From an uncultured delta proteobacterium (lineage in GTDB: Bacteria; Desulfobacterota; Desulfobacteria; Desulfobacterales; QNYZ01): a stretch of 64,000 nt of DNA. Under the pieces are notes generated by a model. The model worked only from the letters and a program-made list of their open reading frames with translations, did no database searches and had not been told where the DNA came from. Position numbers and translations under genes: made by a program. The DNA lies in the NCBI GenBank assembly GCA_963845145.1, contig CAWJQU010000004.1, positions 64,001 through 128,000 of the forward strand, written 5' to 3'. This document shows positions 20,923-31,625 of this stretch, one piece after another (the stretch's first letter is position 1; every line of letters begins with the position of its first letter).

Positions 20923-21268
20923 TCCGAAAAATAGGGATAGTCATCTCATTTTTGCACCTGCCGATAAAACATTTACCTCAAAGGCCAAGGATTTGATAAA
21001 ACAGATCCCCAAGGGTAAAGTGTGCACCTATGGGATCATCGCTGCTTTGGCCGGCAACCCTCAGGCTGCACGACAAGTTGCCCGCATTCTTCACTCCTGC
21101 TCAAAAAAAGACGGGCTCCCCTGGCATCGGGTTGTAAACCGAAAGGGGAAAATCTCCCTCAAACCCCACCAGGGTTATGAGCTTCAAAAACAGATGTTGA
21201 GCGCAGAAGGCGTCGCGTTGGATGCTGATGAAACGATCAATTTTGATACATATCTATGGGTGCCATAA
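20867..21268 (+). CDS. Alkyltransferase-like protein (Atl/YbaZ, MGMT family); start uncertain
   Basis: IPKGKVCTYG.IA.LAG.PQAARQV; PWHRVV with Trp replacing the catalytic Cys. Confidence 0.85.
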   Translation: MTLCRCRPIRSSILKKKRDPKNRDSHLIFAPADKTFTSKAKDLIKQIPKGKVCTYGIIAALAGNPQAARQVARILHSCSKKDGLPWHRVVNRKGKISLKPHQGYELQKQMLSAEGVALDADETINFDTYLWVP

Positions 21269-21375
21269 ATCGGAAATCTAACCGTCACTTCGTTTTTCAA
21301 GCCGTTGGCTCCCAAAGACATTGTGATGAATGTTGGCGGGATGCAGCATATCGACTTGATTTGATTCAAGTTCAT

Positions 21376-21627
21376 TCATTTCTGCATTATTTTAGCTTGG
21401 GCGTTCATCTTTATGGAGGCGGTCGACAATGCTTCAGCATTAGTGGCATTTTGCTGTGTGGCCTGATCTATCTCGGTAACCGTCTGATTGATCTGTTCGA
21501 TACCTTGGGGTTGTTCTCCGGAGGCTGCTGTGATTTGCTCAACCAACTTGCCGGCACTGGACGATTTATCCGCAACTTCATCAAAGGCAATATCTGTTTC
21601 TGATTTAAACAAGGTAAGTGTTATCAA
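21376..21627 (-). pseudogene. Fragment of methyl-accepting chemotaxis protein C-terminus
   Basis: LVEQITAASGEQPQGIEQINQTVTEIDQATQQNATNAE resembles the MCP methylation helix; the rest of the gene is absent. Confidence 0.75.
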
Positions 21628-21749
21628 TCATTGAACAGCGAACTACGGATGATTTGAAAATCAAATTTGTTTCGTGTATATCTATTGCCAATGGGGAACG
21701 TTTTTAATCAGGCAACAAATATGCCTATTTAATCTAAAAGGAGGAGCCG

Positions 21750-22931
21750 ATGCAACAGAATCTAAATAATGTTTTTCCCGGTATCTGTTTATTATTAGTG
21801 TTAATTTTGGCAACGCCATTGTCAGCCGCCGAAGATGAAATTTTAATTGGTGGAGCCCTCAGTCTCACGGGTGTGCAGGCGCCGCTCGATGAACCGGGGC
21901 TCAAAGGCGCCCAAGTGGCGGTAAAATATCTCAATGAGCATGGCGGGATTCTGGGAAAGAAGGTAAAATTCATTAATATTGATGGCAAAAGTGATCCTGT
22001 TACCGTTGGTAACGCGGCTGTGCAGTTGATTGACCAAGGGGCAAAGTTGATGGTAGCGCCATGCGATTTTGATTTTGGCGGTCCCGCCAGTCGAGAAGCC
22101 CAAAAGGTTGGTATTGTCGGTATTTCCACCTGCGCATCGGATCCGCTTTACAGCTCCTGGTCACTCGGAGATAAACAGTTTACGTGTTCCATGTGGAATA
22201 CCACCATGGGCGCCACTGCTGCGGAGTATGCGTTTAAAGAGCGGGGATGGAAAACAGCCTATGTTGTGACCGATCAGTTTATTGCGTATACAAAAAGTTT
22301 GAGCAAATATTTCCTCGCTCACTTCAAAACCATCGGTGGCAAGGTGCTGGCCGAAGAGACTTACACCCAGGGCGACCAGGATTTCTCCGCCCAGCTGGCG
22401 CGATTAAAGTCTATTCAACCCCAACCGGATGTCATTTTTATTTCGTCTTATATGCCGGATTTGGGCACCATTATCCGTTCGATTCGTGAAGTCGGTATCA
22501 CATCTCCTATCATGGGTGGGGATTCTTACGACGACCCGGGTCTATTTGAGGCGTTGGGCGAAAAGTTCGGTAGTGATGTTTATTTTGTCACCCACACGTG
22601 GATGGGCCCCGAAGCGCATCCGGATATGGGCAAATTTATTGATGCCTACAAGGCGTATCACAAAGGTCCGCCTGATACTTCGTTTGTGGCTACCGGCTGG
22701 GATACGATTATGCTGATGGCCCAGGCCGCGGAAAAGGCGGGATCTCTGGATGGTGCAGCTGTTGCCAAGGCACTTGAAACGAACGAATTCAATTTGCTAA
22801 CCGGTAAGTTGTCCTACCGCTCGGCCAAGGAGGGACATGCTCCTGAAAAGGCGGCGGTCCTGATCAGTTTGACCAAAGGAAAACCGTCTTTTATCGGGTG
22901 GCGGAAACCTGAAAATCCACCCGCCCCCTAA
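21750..22931 (+). CDS. Liv-type ABC transporter substrate-binding protein
   Basis: Signal peptide; IGGALSLTG, NEHGGILGKKV, DFSAQLARL; GGAGG RBS. Confidence 0.9.
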   Translation: MQQNLNNVFPGICLLLVLILATPLSAAEDEILIGGALSLTGVQAPLDEPGLKGAQVAVKYLNEHGGILGKKVKFINIDGKSDPVTVGNAAVQLIDQGAKLMVAPCDFDFGGPASREAQKVGIVGISTCASDPLYSSWSLGDKQFTCSMWNTTMGATAAEYAFKERGWKTAYVVTDQFIAYTKSLSKYFLAHFKTIGGKVLAEETYTQGDQDFSAQLARLKSIQPQPDVIFISSYMPDLGTIIRSIREVGITSPIMGGDSYDDPGLFEALGEKFGSDVYFVTHTWMGPEAHPDMGKFIDAYKAYHKGPPDTSFVATGWDTIMLMAQAAEKAGSLDGAAVAKALETNEFNLLTGKLSYRSAKEGHAPEKAAVLISLTKGKPSFIGWRKPENPPAP

Positions 22932-22959
22932 ATACAACAGTTAGGCTAAATTAAAAGAA

Positions 22960-22992
22960 TAGGGGCTGAACAAGAGCCCCTACTTCTTTTTT
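22960..22992 (+). terminator. Hairpin/terminator after SBP gene
   Basis: taggggct-gaacaag-agccccta followed by a T-rich tract. Confidence 0.55.
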
Positions 22993-23063
22993 AATTCGGC
23001 CAGCAAATGCTACCTCTTTATAGTGACAGCGAAATATCTTTACTTGCCGAGAGCTGATAAATA

Positions 23064-23813
23064 ATGACAAAGAAACACCTGTCAGCGAAAGAAATTTCTG
23101 TCGATTTTGCGGGCCTTCGTGCCCTTGACCGAGTGTCAATGGATGTAGAAATCGGCGAAATTGTGGGACTGATCGGGCCGAATGGGTCCGGCAAGACGAC
23201 GCTGATTAATGTTATCACCGGTCAGGTGATTCCGATATCAGGCACGGTTAAACTCAATGGCGAAAATATAACGCAACTGGTGCCTCGTAAAATTGCATTG
23301 AAAGGGATAACCCGTTCTTTTCAAATCGTTCGTTTATTTGAAAATCTAACGGTTGTTAAAAATGTCGAGACAACCGCACTGGCCAAAGGCACTTCGCGAA
23401 AAGAAGCCAATCGGCTTGCAATGGGATTGTTAGAGGAGTTTAACCTGGCCGATTTTGCTCGTCATCTGGCAGGTACGCTTAGCTATGGCGACAAGCGGAG
23501 GGTGGAGATCGTTAGAGCCCTGGCGGGAGAGCCCTGTTTTTTACTTCTTGATGAACCGGCAGCAGGGATGAACGATGCTGAAAGCGATGCCTTGCTGAAT
23601 ATTCTATCTGGACTTCCGGAGCGCAAAAACCTCGGTATGTTAATTATCGATCATGACATGACACTCATCATGCGTCTTTGTCACCGGTTGCACGTTCTTT
23701 CTTCCGGGAAAACCATCGGCGAGGGCGCCGTTGATGATGTCCGTAAATTACCGGCCGTGATCGAAGCGTATTTGGGAACCAGTGTAACCAAAGAGGAACG
23801 ACACCATGCTTAG
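23064..23813 (+). CDS. Liv-type ABC ATP-binding protein (LivG-like)
   Basis: [33 protein letters not shown]. Confidence 0.92.
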   Translation: MTKKHLSAKEISVDFAGLRALDRVSMDVEIGEIVGLIGPNGSGKTTLINVITGQVIPISGTVKLNGENITQLVPRKIALKGITRSFQIVRLFENLTVVKNVETTALAKGTSRKEANRLAMGLLEEFNLADFARHLAGTLSYGDKRRVEIVRALAGEPCFLLLDEPAAGMNDAESDALLNILSGLPERKNLGMLIIDHDMTLIMRLCHRLHVLSSGKTIGEGAVDDVRKLPAVIEAYLGTSVTKEERHHA

Positions 23814-24522
23814 GCTTGAAGGGGTAGAAGTTCGATATGGTGCCGTCCGGGCGGTGAGAGACGTTTCGCTTGAAGTTATGCAGGGCGAGATGGTCTCGTT
23901 ATTGGGTGCGAATGGATCGGGAAAAACAAGCACCCTGTTGGCTATCGCCGGTGCTCTGAAAGTGACTTCCGGAAGTATTATCTTTGACGGAGAGGACATC
24001 ACTTCGCTTTCACCTGAAAAAGTGTTGCGAAAAGGAATTGCCATGGTGACGGAAACCCGCGAAGTGTTCTCTGACCTGACCGTGCGTGAAAACCTCATTT
24101 TAGGCGGTTTTATTCACCGCAGGAATCGAAAAAAAATCCAGCATGACCTGGAACAGATGTTGGATCTATTTCCGATTCTGCGCAAGCGGCAATCTCAGTC
24201 AAGCGGAACGCTATCCGGTGGAGAGCAACAGCAGCTGGTAATCGCCCGGGCGATGATGGCACAACCGAAGTTGCTTCTACTTGACGAACCATCCCTAGGA
24301 TTAGCGCCAACCATTATTGATCACATCTATGAGTTTATAAACCAGTTAAGAACCACCGGTCTTACGATTTTGTTGGTAGAACAAAATGCCAACAAGGCTT
24401 TGCAGCACGCTAACAGAGCCTATGTAATGTCACTGGGAAAAATAGCCAAAAAGGGGGATGCAGCTGAAGTTGCATCTTCTTCCGACCTGGAAGCGCTGTA
24501 CCTGGGAAAGCTAAAGGATTGA
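23806..24522 (+). CDS. Liv-type ABC ATP-binding protein (LivF-like)
   Basis: GANGSGKT, LSGGEQQQL, LLLDEPSLGLAP, LLVEQN. Confidence 0.92.
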   Translation: MLRLEGVEVRYGAVRAVRDVSLEVMQGEMVSLLGANGSGKTSTLLAIAGALKVTSGSIIFDGEDITSLSPEKVLRKGIAMVTETREVFSDLTVRENLILGGFIHRRNRKKIQHDLEQMLDLFPILRKRQSQSSGTLSGGEQQQLVIARAMMAQPKLLLLDEPSLGLAPTIIDHIYEFINQLRTTGLTILLVEQNANKALQHANRAYVMSLGKIAKKGDAAEVASSSDLEALYLGKLKD

Positions 24523-24526
24523 CATT

Positions 24527-25423
24527 ATGTCTATGGGTACAATCGTTCAATTTATTTTAGACATTCTCAGCCTCGGCAGCCTCTATGCTCTGATGGCATT
24601 GGGCCTGCTGATTATCTACGGGATATTAAAATTGGTCAATTTTGCCTACGGCGAGCTGGTTATGGTTGCCGGGTATTCTCTCTACCTTTTAAACGCGACG
24701 GCCTTTCCATGGTTTTTCATGGCTGGCGTTGCGATCCTGATGGCAATCTTCGCCGGCGTATTGACGGAATGGGTCGCTTTTCGTCCGGTTCGGTCCAAAT
24801 CGGTTACAGCCGTCTTGATTACATCATTTGCATTCAGCACATTGTTACAGAATGCAGCGCTGCTATTTATTTCACCACGTGCACGCAATGTTCCTTTGCC
24901 GGATATTTTTACACGATCCGTTGAGTTTATCGGCATTGTCGTTCCCATTCGAAACCTCATCACGATTGTAACTGCATTATTGCTTTTAGCCCTTTTCTCA
25001 CTTGCCTTGAAACATACCGTCTTGGGGTTGGCCCTGCGTGCATCTGCGTCACAATTTCGAATGGCGCGTATGGTAGGTATCCCCGCCAATATGATTATCA
25101 GTCTGGCGTTTGCTATCAGTGGATTATTTGCCGGTGTGGTTGCTATTCTCTGGCTGGGTAGGATTGGTTCGGTTGTGCCGGGGATCGGTCTTGAGCCTTT
25201 GCTTGTTGCATTCATCGCAACCGTCATTGGTGGAATGAGGAGTCTTTTGGGCGCTGTGGTGGGTGGATATCTGCTTGCCTTGATTGATGTCAGTCTGAAT
25301 TATGGTTTGTCTCAGGATCTGTTGCAGTTTAGGGATGCATTTACATTCACATTTGTTATTTTAATCCTTCTTTTTCGTCCATCCGGTATAATCAAAGGGC
25401 CAGCAACCGGTCAACGCACATAG
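24527..25423 (+). CDS. Liv-type ABC permease (LivH-like)
   Basis: LYALMALGL.IIYG..KLVNFAYGE; FRPSGI. Confidence 0.9.
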   Translation: MSMGTIVQFILDILSLGSLYALMALGLLIIYGILKLVNFAYGELVMVAGYSLYLLNATAFPWFFMAGVAILMAIFAGVLTEWVAFRPVRSKSVTAVLITSFAFSTLLQNAALLFISPRARNVPLPDIFTRSVEFIGIVVPIRNLITIVTALLLLALFSLALKHTVLGLALRASASQFRMARMVGIPANMIISLAFAISGLFAGVVAILWLGRIGSVVPGIGLEPLLVAFIATVIGGMRSLLGAVVGGYLLALIDVSLNYGLSQDLLQFRDAFTFTFVILILLFRPSGIIKGPATGQRT

Positions 25424-25427
25424 GAAG

Positions 25428-26476
25428 ATGAATTATACAATGCTTGCTAAAGAAAATATCCGCTCCATTTGCATCCTTTTGCTACCTATTATCATTCTGG
25501 TGATCATGGCGAATGTGCTGAGTATTAGATTGTTCAGCCGAATTTCAACGACATTGTTGATTAACCTTATTCTAGTCCTCGGACTACAAATATTTACCGG
25601 TAATTCCGGTATTTTGTCATTTGCACATATCGGATTTATGGGCATTGGGGCTTATACGACCGCCGTATTGACCATGCCCGCACAGATGAAGTCCATGGCG
25701 CTTCCGGATTTATATATGGTGTTGAAATCGACAGAACTTGACCCAATGATAGGCATTCTTTTAGGTGGTGTGATGGCAGCATTGCTGGCTGCAATTATCT
25801 CGTATCCGCTTATGCGCCTGTCGGATGCTGCGGCGGTCATTACTTCTTTTGCCGTTCTGGTGATTATGCACACCGTGATGGTGCATTGGAGTGCAGTGAC
25901 GAACGGTCCCAGAACGCTATTTGGTATCGTCAATTCAACGGATTTGAAAACAGCTTCCTGGGTGGCGGCCCTTGCTGTTGTGGTGGCCGTTTGGTTCAAA
26001 GAGTCGCGTACGGGCATTCTTTTACGGGCCACGCGCGATGATGAAATTGCATCTGGGGCCATAGGTGCGGATATCACGATGTTGCGTTGGAAAGCTTTCA
26101 TCTTAAGTGCCTTTTATGCCGGTATCGGTGGGGGGCTAGGGCGCATTTTATCACCTCTTTTTCCCCCAATGCATTCTATCTACGTGAGACATTTGTGATT
26201 TTGGGTATGCTGGTCATCGGCGGTGCTGCAACAGTGTCCGGTGCCGTATTTGGGACGTTTGCCGTTACGGCGGCCTTTGAAGGATTACGGTTTCTTGAAA
26301 ATAGCATTAATGCTGCCCAGATTTTGTCGAGACCCGTGGTGGGGCTTACGGAAATTGTTCTATCGTGTGCCATGATCGGCATTTTGATTTTAAAACCTGG
26401 TGGCATTATCGAGACAAGCGAGATCGGTGAATATGCGCCGAAAAAAAGTGCTACGGAAAAAGAGAACCTTGAGTGA
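25428..26476 (+). pseudogene. Liv-type ABC permease (LivM-like), split by a frameshift near 26138
   Basis: SFAHIGFMGIGAY in the first frame; AHFITSFSPNAF...LKPGG continues in another frame; one base appears missing from expected GGL(W)AH. Confidence 0.8.
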
Positions 26477-26523
26477 TCAAGATGGATGAAAAAATTCGAT
26501 AAACCTTCGGAAGGAGACCTGCC

Positions 26524-27192
26524 ATGTCGTGGAAAACGATGTACCGTTCGTTTTATTATCAGGGTGCCCCTGAACCAGAGGATATTGTTTTTAAAGCAGA
26601 AGAAACGGCTTTACTCGTAATTGATATTCAAAATAAATATATGGAGGTTCCCGACGAACCCGAAGCGAAAAAACAATGGACGCCTTTTTTAGACCGGATG
26701 AATACCACCGTCATACCCAATACTGCTTCCCTCATTTCTACCTGCCGGGATAAAAACATCGAAGTCCTTTTTGCGCGGATCGCTTGTCACAAAGTCGATG
26801 GCCGTGACCGATCACTCAGCCAGAAGAAACCGGGCTGGAATTATTTGCTGATGCCAAAAGATAGCCAAGAGTCGCAGTTGGTGCCGCAACTCACGCCATT
26901 AGATGACGATATTGTTGTAACCAAAACAACCGACAGCGCCCTTACCGGTACCAATTTACGGTTGGTTCTTAGCAATATGGGGATTAAAAATATCATTGTG
27001 GCCGGGATTTTTACCGATCAATGCGTCTCTTCGACGGTTCGCAGTTTGGCGGATGAGAGCTTTGATGTGGTGGTGGTCGAAAATTGCTGTGCGGCCGGGG
27101 CCCAAGATCTTCATTTAAAAGAACTCGAGATCATTAACATGATCTATTGCCATGTTGCTTCTCTAAAGGAAGCGGTAACATTTATCGAATAG
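26524..27192 (+). CDS. Isochorismatase-family cysteine hydrolase
   Basis: ALLVIDIQ, KTTDSAL, GIFTDQCVSST (Asp-Lys-Cys triad). Confidence 0.9.
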   Translation: MSWKTMYRSFYYQGAPEPEDIVFKAEETALLVIDIQNKYMEVPDEPEAKKQWTPFLDRMNTTVIPNTASLISTCRDKNIEVLFARIACHKVDGRDRSLSQKKPGWNYLLMPKDSQESQLVPQLTPLDDDIVVTKTTDSALTGTNLRLVLSNMGIKNIIVAGIFTDQCVSSTVRSLADESFDVVVVENCCAAGAQDLHLKELEIINMIYCHVASLKEAVTFIE

Positions 27193-27235
27193 TTTATTGA
27201 ATGGTGGCTGCGGAGAAAAAAGTCGAATTCGAAGC

Positions 27236-27655
27236 CTATTTCAATTCAGCATACATCTTTACCACCACATGTCCCCACCCACCGCATGAGGGGCCGGTAT
27301 CGAAACATCCGCTTGTGTTGAACATAACCTCATTGGGATTGCGTCCATTCATGAGGTTCTCGAAAAAGGCGTTGATCAGTACCGTTAAATTGGGCATCAA
27401 AAAGGAACAAATCCGATCCGGGTTTTCCTGGGTGAGTAGATTACCGGAATTGTCAAAAATCAATTGTTGGCCCACCACATGGCCCGAGTGGCATCCTTTC
27501 GATTGGATGACTTCGGCCACCAATCGGTATTTGGATGCTTTGATTGCATTTTGAAACAGGTTTTGGAATTTAGGGTTTTTTTCAATCATTTCCCAGTCGT
27601 GAGCTTCAAGATTCAGTCTTCTACGGATGACTTCTGCTATTTGGCTTTTATCCAT
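27236..27655 (-). CDS. Small Cys-motif hypothetical protein (TIGR04076-like)
   Basis: EVIQSKGCHSGHVVGQ, RIC and GCFDTGPSCGGWGHV; GGGGG RBS. Confidence 0.65.
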   Translation of the reverse strand: MDKSQIAEVIRRRLNLEAHDWEMIEKNPKFQNLFQNAIKASKYRLVAEVIQSKGCHSGHVVGQQLIFDNSGNLLTQENPDRICSFLMPNLTVLINAFFENLMNGRNPNEVMFNTSGCFDTGPSCGGWGHVVVKMYAELK

Positions 27656-27877
27656 ATAACCCCCCCTACAGTTTTAACAGACCCGGAGTGCTTTCATGAC
27701 TTAAATACGCAAAAAGGGACGCCCTTTCTCCAAATTAATGGTAATGGATAGAAAAAATCAACCGAAATATGTGGAAACCCAATATAAAAGGCTGTTCTTT
27801 GCCTATATGTGATCGTTGCGAAAATTAAACCCATCGCGCGGTTGTATTGAAGGGGTAACCGTTTTTCAAAAATATTC

Positions 27878-28543
27878 TTAAACCGCCAGATCGATGGCAA
27901 GACCTTTTTCTACAGAAGGATGGGTGGGTTTATCGTATGGGGACGCCGTGTCGTGTTCGTCAGGCGAGGGTTCATCGCTACTGTTTTTTTCCGTGGCTTC
28001 CCGGCTTTCCTCCATTTTTTGAGCCCGTGCATCCGCTTCGGTCTGTGCCGCCTGGGCTGCCACGGATCGATCCTGGCCGGAGGGGTTCGAAGGGGCCAGC
28101 GCGGCTCGTTTTACTTGCTGCATTTTGCGAATGGTGGCGTTGGGGTCATTTTCCGGAGAGGTGTCGATACTGACTTCGCCGCCTACGGCATACATTCTGC
28201 CATCCGGTCCTCTTGTATAGGTGAAACTGGCGCCACCCTGGACTAATCCTGATCCGGCGGCAAGGTGTGCCTGTTCGTGGGCTTTGGTTTCCAAGTCAAC
28301 CCTTTTGAGTTGTTCGACTGTTCTTTTATCTTCTTCGCTTAGCTGCTCTTTCCCCGGAGGGTCTGTACCTGTTTCGCTTTCCTTTTTTTGGAGCTCTTTA
28401 GCCGTGTCTGAAATTTTTACCAGAACATCGCCGGATTCAACCGCTGAACTGACCGGCTTTTTCTGGGTGCTTTTGTACCCTTGCGAACGACTTTGTGGGT
28501 ATTCACCCACGATGGGAGAAATATGGTTGAGTTCAGTGATCAA
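27878..28543 (-). CDS. SprA-related family protein
   Basis: KAHEQAH, SFTYTRGPDGRMYAVGGEVSID, ALAPSNPSGQDRSVA. Confidence 0.85.
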   Translation of the reverse strand: MITELNHISPIVGEYPQSRSQGYKSTQKKPVSSAVESGDVLVKISDTAKELQKKESETGTDPPGKEQLSEEDKRTVEQLKRVDLETKAHEQAHLAAGSGLVQGGASFTYTRGPDGRMYAVGGEVSIDTSPENDPNATIRKMQQVKRAALAPSNPSGQDRSVAAQAAQTEADARAQKMEESREATEKNSSDEPSPDEHDTASPYDKPTHPSVEKGLAIDLAV

Positions 28544-28568
28544 AGTGTTGTTCGTCCGGCAAAATTAT

Positions 28569-28729
28569 ACCTAAGCTGAGCGATTTTTTGTGAAGCTATG
28601 TGCCAAGATATTGAGATGATAAGGTTTTCAAAAAACGGAGGCATACCCTTTGGATATGCCGAGTATTTTTGAAAGCCTTAGCGCTCAATAGATTGGTGCA
28701 GAGCGAGTAAAAAACCGCTCAATTTAGGT
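28569..28729. mobile_element. ~160-bp palindromic MITE-like element (family B, copy 1)
   Basis: Terminal IR acctaagctgagcg/cgctcaatttaggt; inner aaggttttcaaaaa/tttttgaaagcctt and ggcata/tatgcc; second copy at 57764. Confidence 0.75.
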
Positions 28730-28813
28730 TATAGTTAGTTGCTTTCAAGCCGCTACCAAAGAAAACAAAATCGTAATGGCATCCCTGTGCCAAAATCCAT
28801 CCCGCCATTTATA

Positions 28814-28841
28814 TTATCGGTATTTTAACATGATCACTTTA
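28814..28841 (-). promoter_or_regulatory. Putative sigma-28 (FliA) promoter for SprA-related gene
   Basis: Minus strand TAAAG-N15-ACCGATAA versus consensus TAAA-N15-GCCGATAA (spacer 1 nt longer). Confidence 0.45.
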
Positions 28842-29074
28842 GCTTTTTTTTGGGAACGATCTAAAAGAGCTGAGAAAGACCCGGCAAGACATTATCAGGA
28901 AAGCGTTTTATTATGATATCATTATATTATATGTTTTTTCATAAAAGGTGATTGTTCCGGTGGATTTTCCTTCGTGATACGAAACTCACAGAAGGTGTTG
29001 CCGGTATTTGCGGTACTTGATATTAGAAACAGAAAATAATTTTTCCTATTCCCGCGAGCAAACAAGGAGATCCC

Positions 29075-29419
29075 ATGAGTGACAATAACCATCTCTATAT
29101 CCTCTGGACCAACGGCGACCCCATCACTTCGGAGAAAATGGTGTTTATGTACGGGATAAATGCACTACGTCATAAATGGTGGGAAAAAGTCACACTCATC
29201 GTCTGGGGGGCACCCTCAGTTCTCGCTACGGAATCTTCAGCCATTCAGGGCAAGATCAAAGAGGCGCTGGAAGAGGGGGTTTATTTGACGGCATGTAAAG
29301 CATGTGCGGATCAGTTGGGCGTTTCAGATAAGCTGGCTAAAATGGGGATCGAGGTTCAGTATACGGGAGAGCTATTAACCAATATCTTGAAAAATAATGA
29401 GACATTGCTCACTGTTTAA
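29075..29419 (+). CDS. DsrE-family protein
   Basis: LYILWT, WWEKVTLIVWGA, ACKACADQLGV; AAGGAG RBS. Confidence 0.85.
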   Translation: MSDNNHLYILWTNGDPITSEKMVFMYGINALRHKWWEKVTLIVWGAPSVLATESSAIQGKIKEALEEGVYLTACKACADQLGVSDKLAKMGIEVQYTGELLTNILKNNETLLTV

Positions 29420-29886
29420 CCTGTGACTTCGATACATACTGTTTCATCGTTAAGTCAGGCTCCGGGAAACAACATTGATTGAAGGCTGTCCGGTGGAACC
29501 CAAATCAGAAAAGAATTTTTCTCCGGCATTTAAACGGGCAGTGACACCAAAATTACTTCTGATCACTGGACATATGAAATCTGCTCGTCACTCGGTAACG
29601 TGGTCGATCATGCGGTTGGAAATATGATAACCTAAATAATCCGTAACCACCCAGTCCGCGGCAGAGAATACCCGTCTGTATAAACCTTCCCTACTTTTGA
29701 GGCTCACTGCACCACATCACAATGACAGTCAACCATAGGGGCGATGATATCACATATTGACTACGATCGCGGTTCTCTGCCGGGTAATGGTCGACCGATA
29801 TTGTAACCCCGTCACCCGGCTATGGGATGCGCTTGTTAACTCCCCGGATAAGATTTTTCCATTATTGGGTAATGGGAGCGCACATT

Positions 29887-31566
29887 CTATCGGGTCAACT
29901 GTCGGTATTTGATCCGGTGCGGCCGACCGGCTTCGGCTCCCAGCCGTTTTTTGAGGTCGGCTTCGTAATCCGACCAATTGCCTTGTAGAAAAACCGTTCG
30001 GCTATCCCCTTCAAAGGCCAGGATGTGGGTGGCAATGCGATCGAGGAACCAGCGGTCATGGCTGATCACGACGGCACAGCCGCCGAAGTTCTCCAGGGCC
30101 TCTTCCAGGGCGCGCAGCGTATTGACGTCCAGGTCGTTGGTGGGTTCGTCCAGCAGGATCACATTGGCCCCCTGCCTAAGGATTTTGGCCAGATGTACCC
30201 GGTTGCGCTGGCCTCCGGATATGGCCTTGGTCTTTTTTTGTTGATCCGACCCTGAAAAGTTGAACCGGGAGACATAGGCCCGGGAATTGATCAGTTGATC
30301 GCCCAGCTCGATCTGCTCATTGCCGCCGGTGATCTCCTCCCAAATGCTCTTTTCAGGATCGAGTTCACGACTCTGATCGACATAGGCCAGCTTGACCGTG
30401 TCACCGATTCGGATGGTGCCGCTGTCGGGGTTTTCCAGACCAGTGATCATATTGAAAAGGGTTGATTTCCCGGCACCATTGGGGCCGATGACGCCGACGA
30501 TACCCCCCGGGGGGAGGTTGAAGCTCATATCTTCCACCAACAGGCGATTTTCAAAGGCTTTACTGACCTTGTCCGCCTCGATTACAACGTCTCCCAGGCG
30601 TGGCCCGGGAGGGATGTAAAGCTCGAGAGCCTTTTCATGCATTTCCGTTTGTTGGGATAGCAGCTTTTCATAGGCACTGATGCGGGCCTGGCTCTTGGCA
30701 TGCCGCCCTTTGGGAGACATGCGAATCCATTCCAGCTCACGCTCCAATGTCTTTTGCCGGGCGCTTTGACTTTTTTCTTCGCGGCGTAACCGCTCCTGCT
30801 TTTGTTCCAGCCAGCTGGAGTAGTTCCCCTTCCAGGGAATCCCTTCGCCACGATCGAGTTCGAGAATCCATCCGGCCACGTTGTCGAGGAAATAACGATC
30901 ATGGGTGACAGCGATGACGGTTCCCGGATAGCGCTGTAAATGCTGTTCGAGCCAGGCCACACTCTCGGCGTCGAGATGGTTGGTGGGTTCGTCCAGAAGC
31001 AGAATGTCGGGCTTTTGCAGCAGCAACCGGCACAGGGCCACCCGCCGCTTCTCCCCACCCGAAAGTATATTTACCCTCGTATCCGAAGGCGGGCAGCGCA
31101 GGGCATCCATGGCCATTTCCAAGCGTGCGTCCAAGTCCCAGGCATCTCGATCGTCAAGGGCTTCCTGCACCTGTCCCTGGCGTTCAATCAGCGCATTCAT
31201 CTTGTCGTCATCCATGGGCTCGGCAAATTTCATATTGATGTCTTCGAATTCGGCCAGAAGATCGACTGTTTCCTGGACCCCTTCCTCCACCACTTGCCGC
31301 ACCGTCTTGTCCACGTCCACCAAGGGTTCCTGCTCGAGATAACCCACGGTATGGCCCTGTGAAAGGATCGTCTCGCCGTTGAATTTTGTGTCCACACCGG
31401 CAAGGATTCGGAGCAAGGACGTTTTGCCCGAACCATTTAAACCGAGAACCCCGATTTTTGCACCGTAGAAGTAGGAGAGAGAAATGTCCTTTAAAACCGG
31501 TTTTTTATCGTAAAATTTGCTGACCCTGATCATCGAATAGATGACTTTATCGGGCTCGTTTCCCAT
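29887..31566 (-). CDS. ettA: Energy-dependent translational throttle (ABC-F)
   Basis: DISLSYFYGAKIGVLGLNGSGK, two NBDs, LERELEWIR linker, PHRIKYRQL C-terminus. Confidence 0.95.
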   Translation of the reverse strand: MGNEPDKVIYSMIRVSKFYDKKPVLKDISLSYFYGAKIGVLGLNGSGKTSLLRILAGVDTKFNGETILSQGHTVGYLEQEPLVDVDKTVRQVVEEGVQETVDLLAEFEDINMKFAEPMDDDKMNALIERQGQVQEALDDRDAWDLDARLEMAMDALRCPPSDTRVNILSGGEKRRVALCRLLLQKPDILLLDEPTNHLDAESVAWLEQHLQRYPGTVIAVTHDRYFLDNVAGWILELDRGEGIPWKGNYSSWLEQKQERLRREEKSQSARQKTLERELEWIRMSPKGRHAKSQARISAYEKLLSQQTEMHEKALELYIPPGPRLGDVVIEADKVSKAFENRLLVEDMSFNLPPGGIVGVIGPNGAGKSTLFNMITGLENPDSGTIRIGDTVKLAYVDQSRELDPEKSIWEEITGGNEQIELGDQLINSRAYVSRFNFSGSDQQKKTKAISGGQRNRVHLAKILRQGANVILLDEPTNDLDVNTLRALEEALENFGGCAVVISHDRWFLDRIATHILAFEGDSRTVFLQGNWSDYEADLKKRLGAEAGRPHRIKYRQLTR

Positions 31567-31625
31567 GTTGGTTATCCTCCACAATAATTGGAATTAAAAT
31601 TTCAAGATAGATAGGCGGAACGATA

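Noticed and set aside
28778..28795. Minus-strand TGGCAC...TGC sigma-54-like site
   Set aside because: GG-to-GC spacing is 9 nt rather than the required 10
29420..29886. Unexplained 470-bp gap between the DsrE gene and ettA
   Set aside because: Partial manual translation gave only short stop-interrupted frames with no recognisable motif
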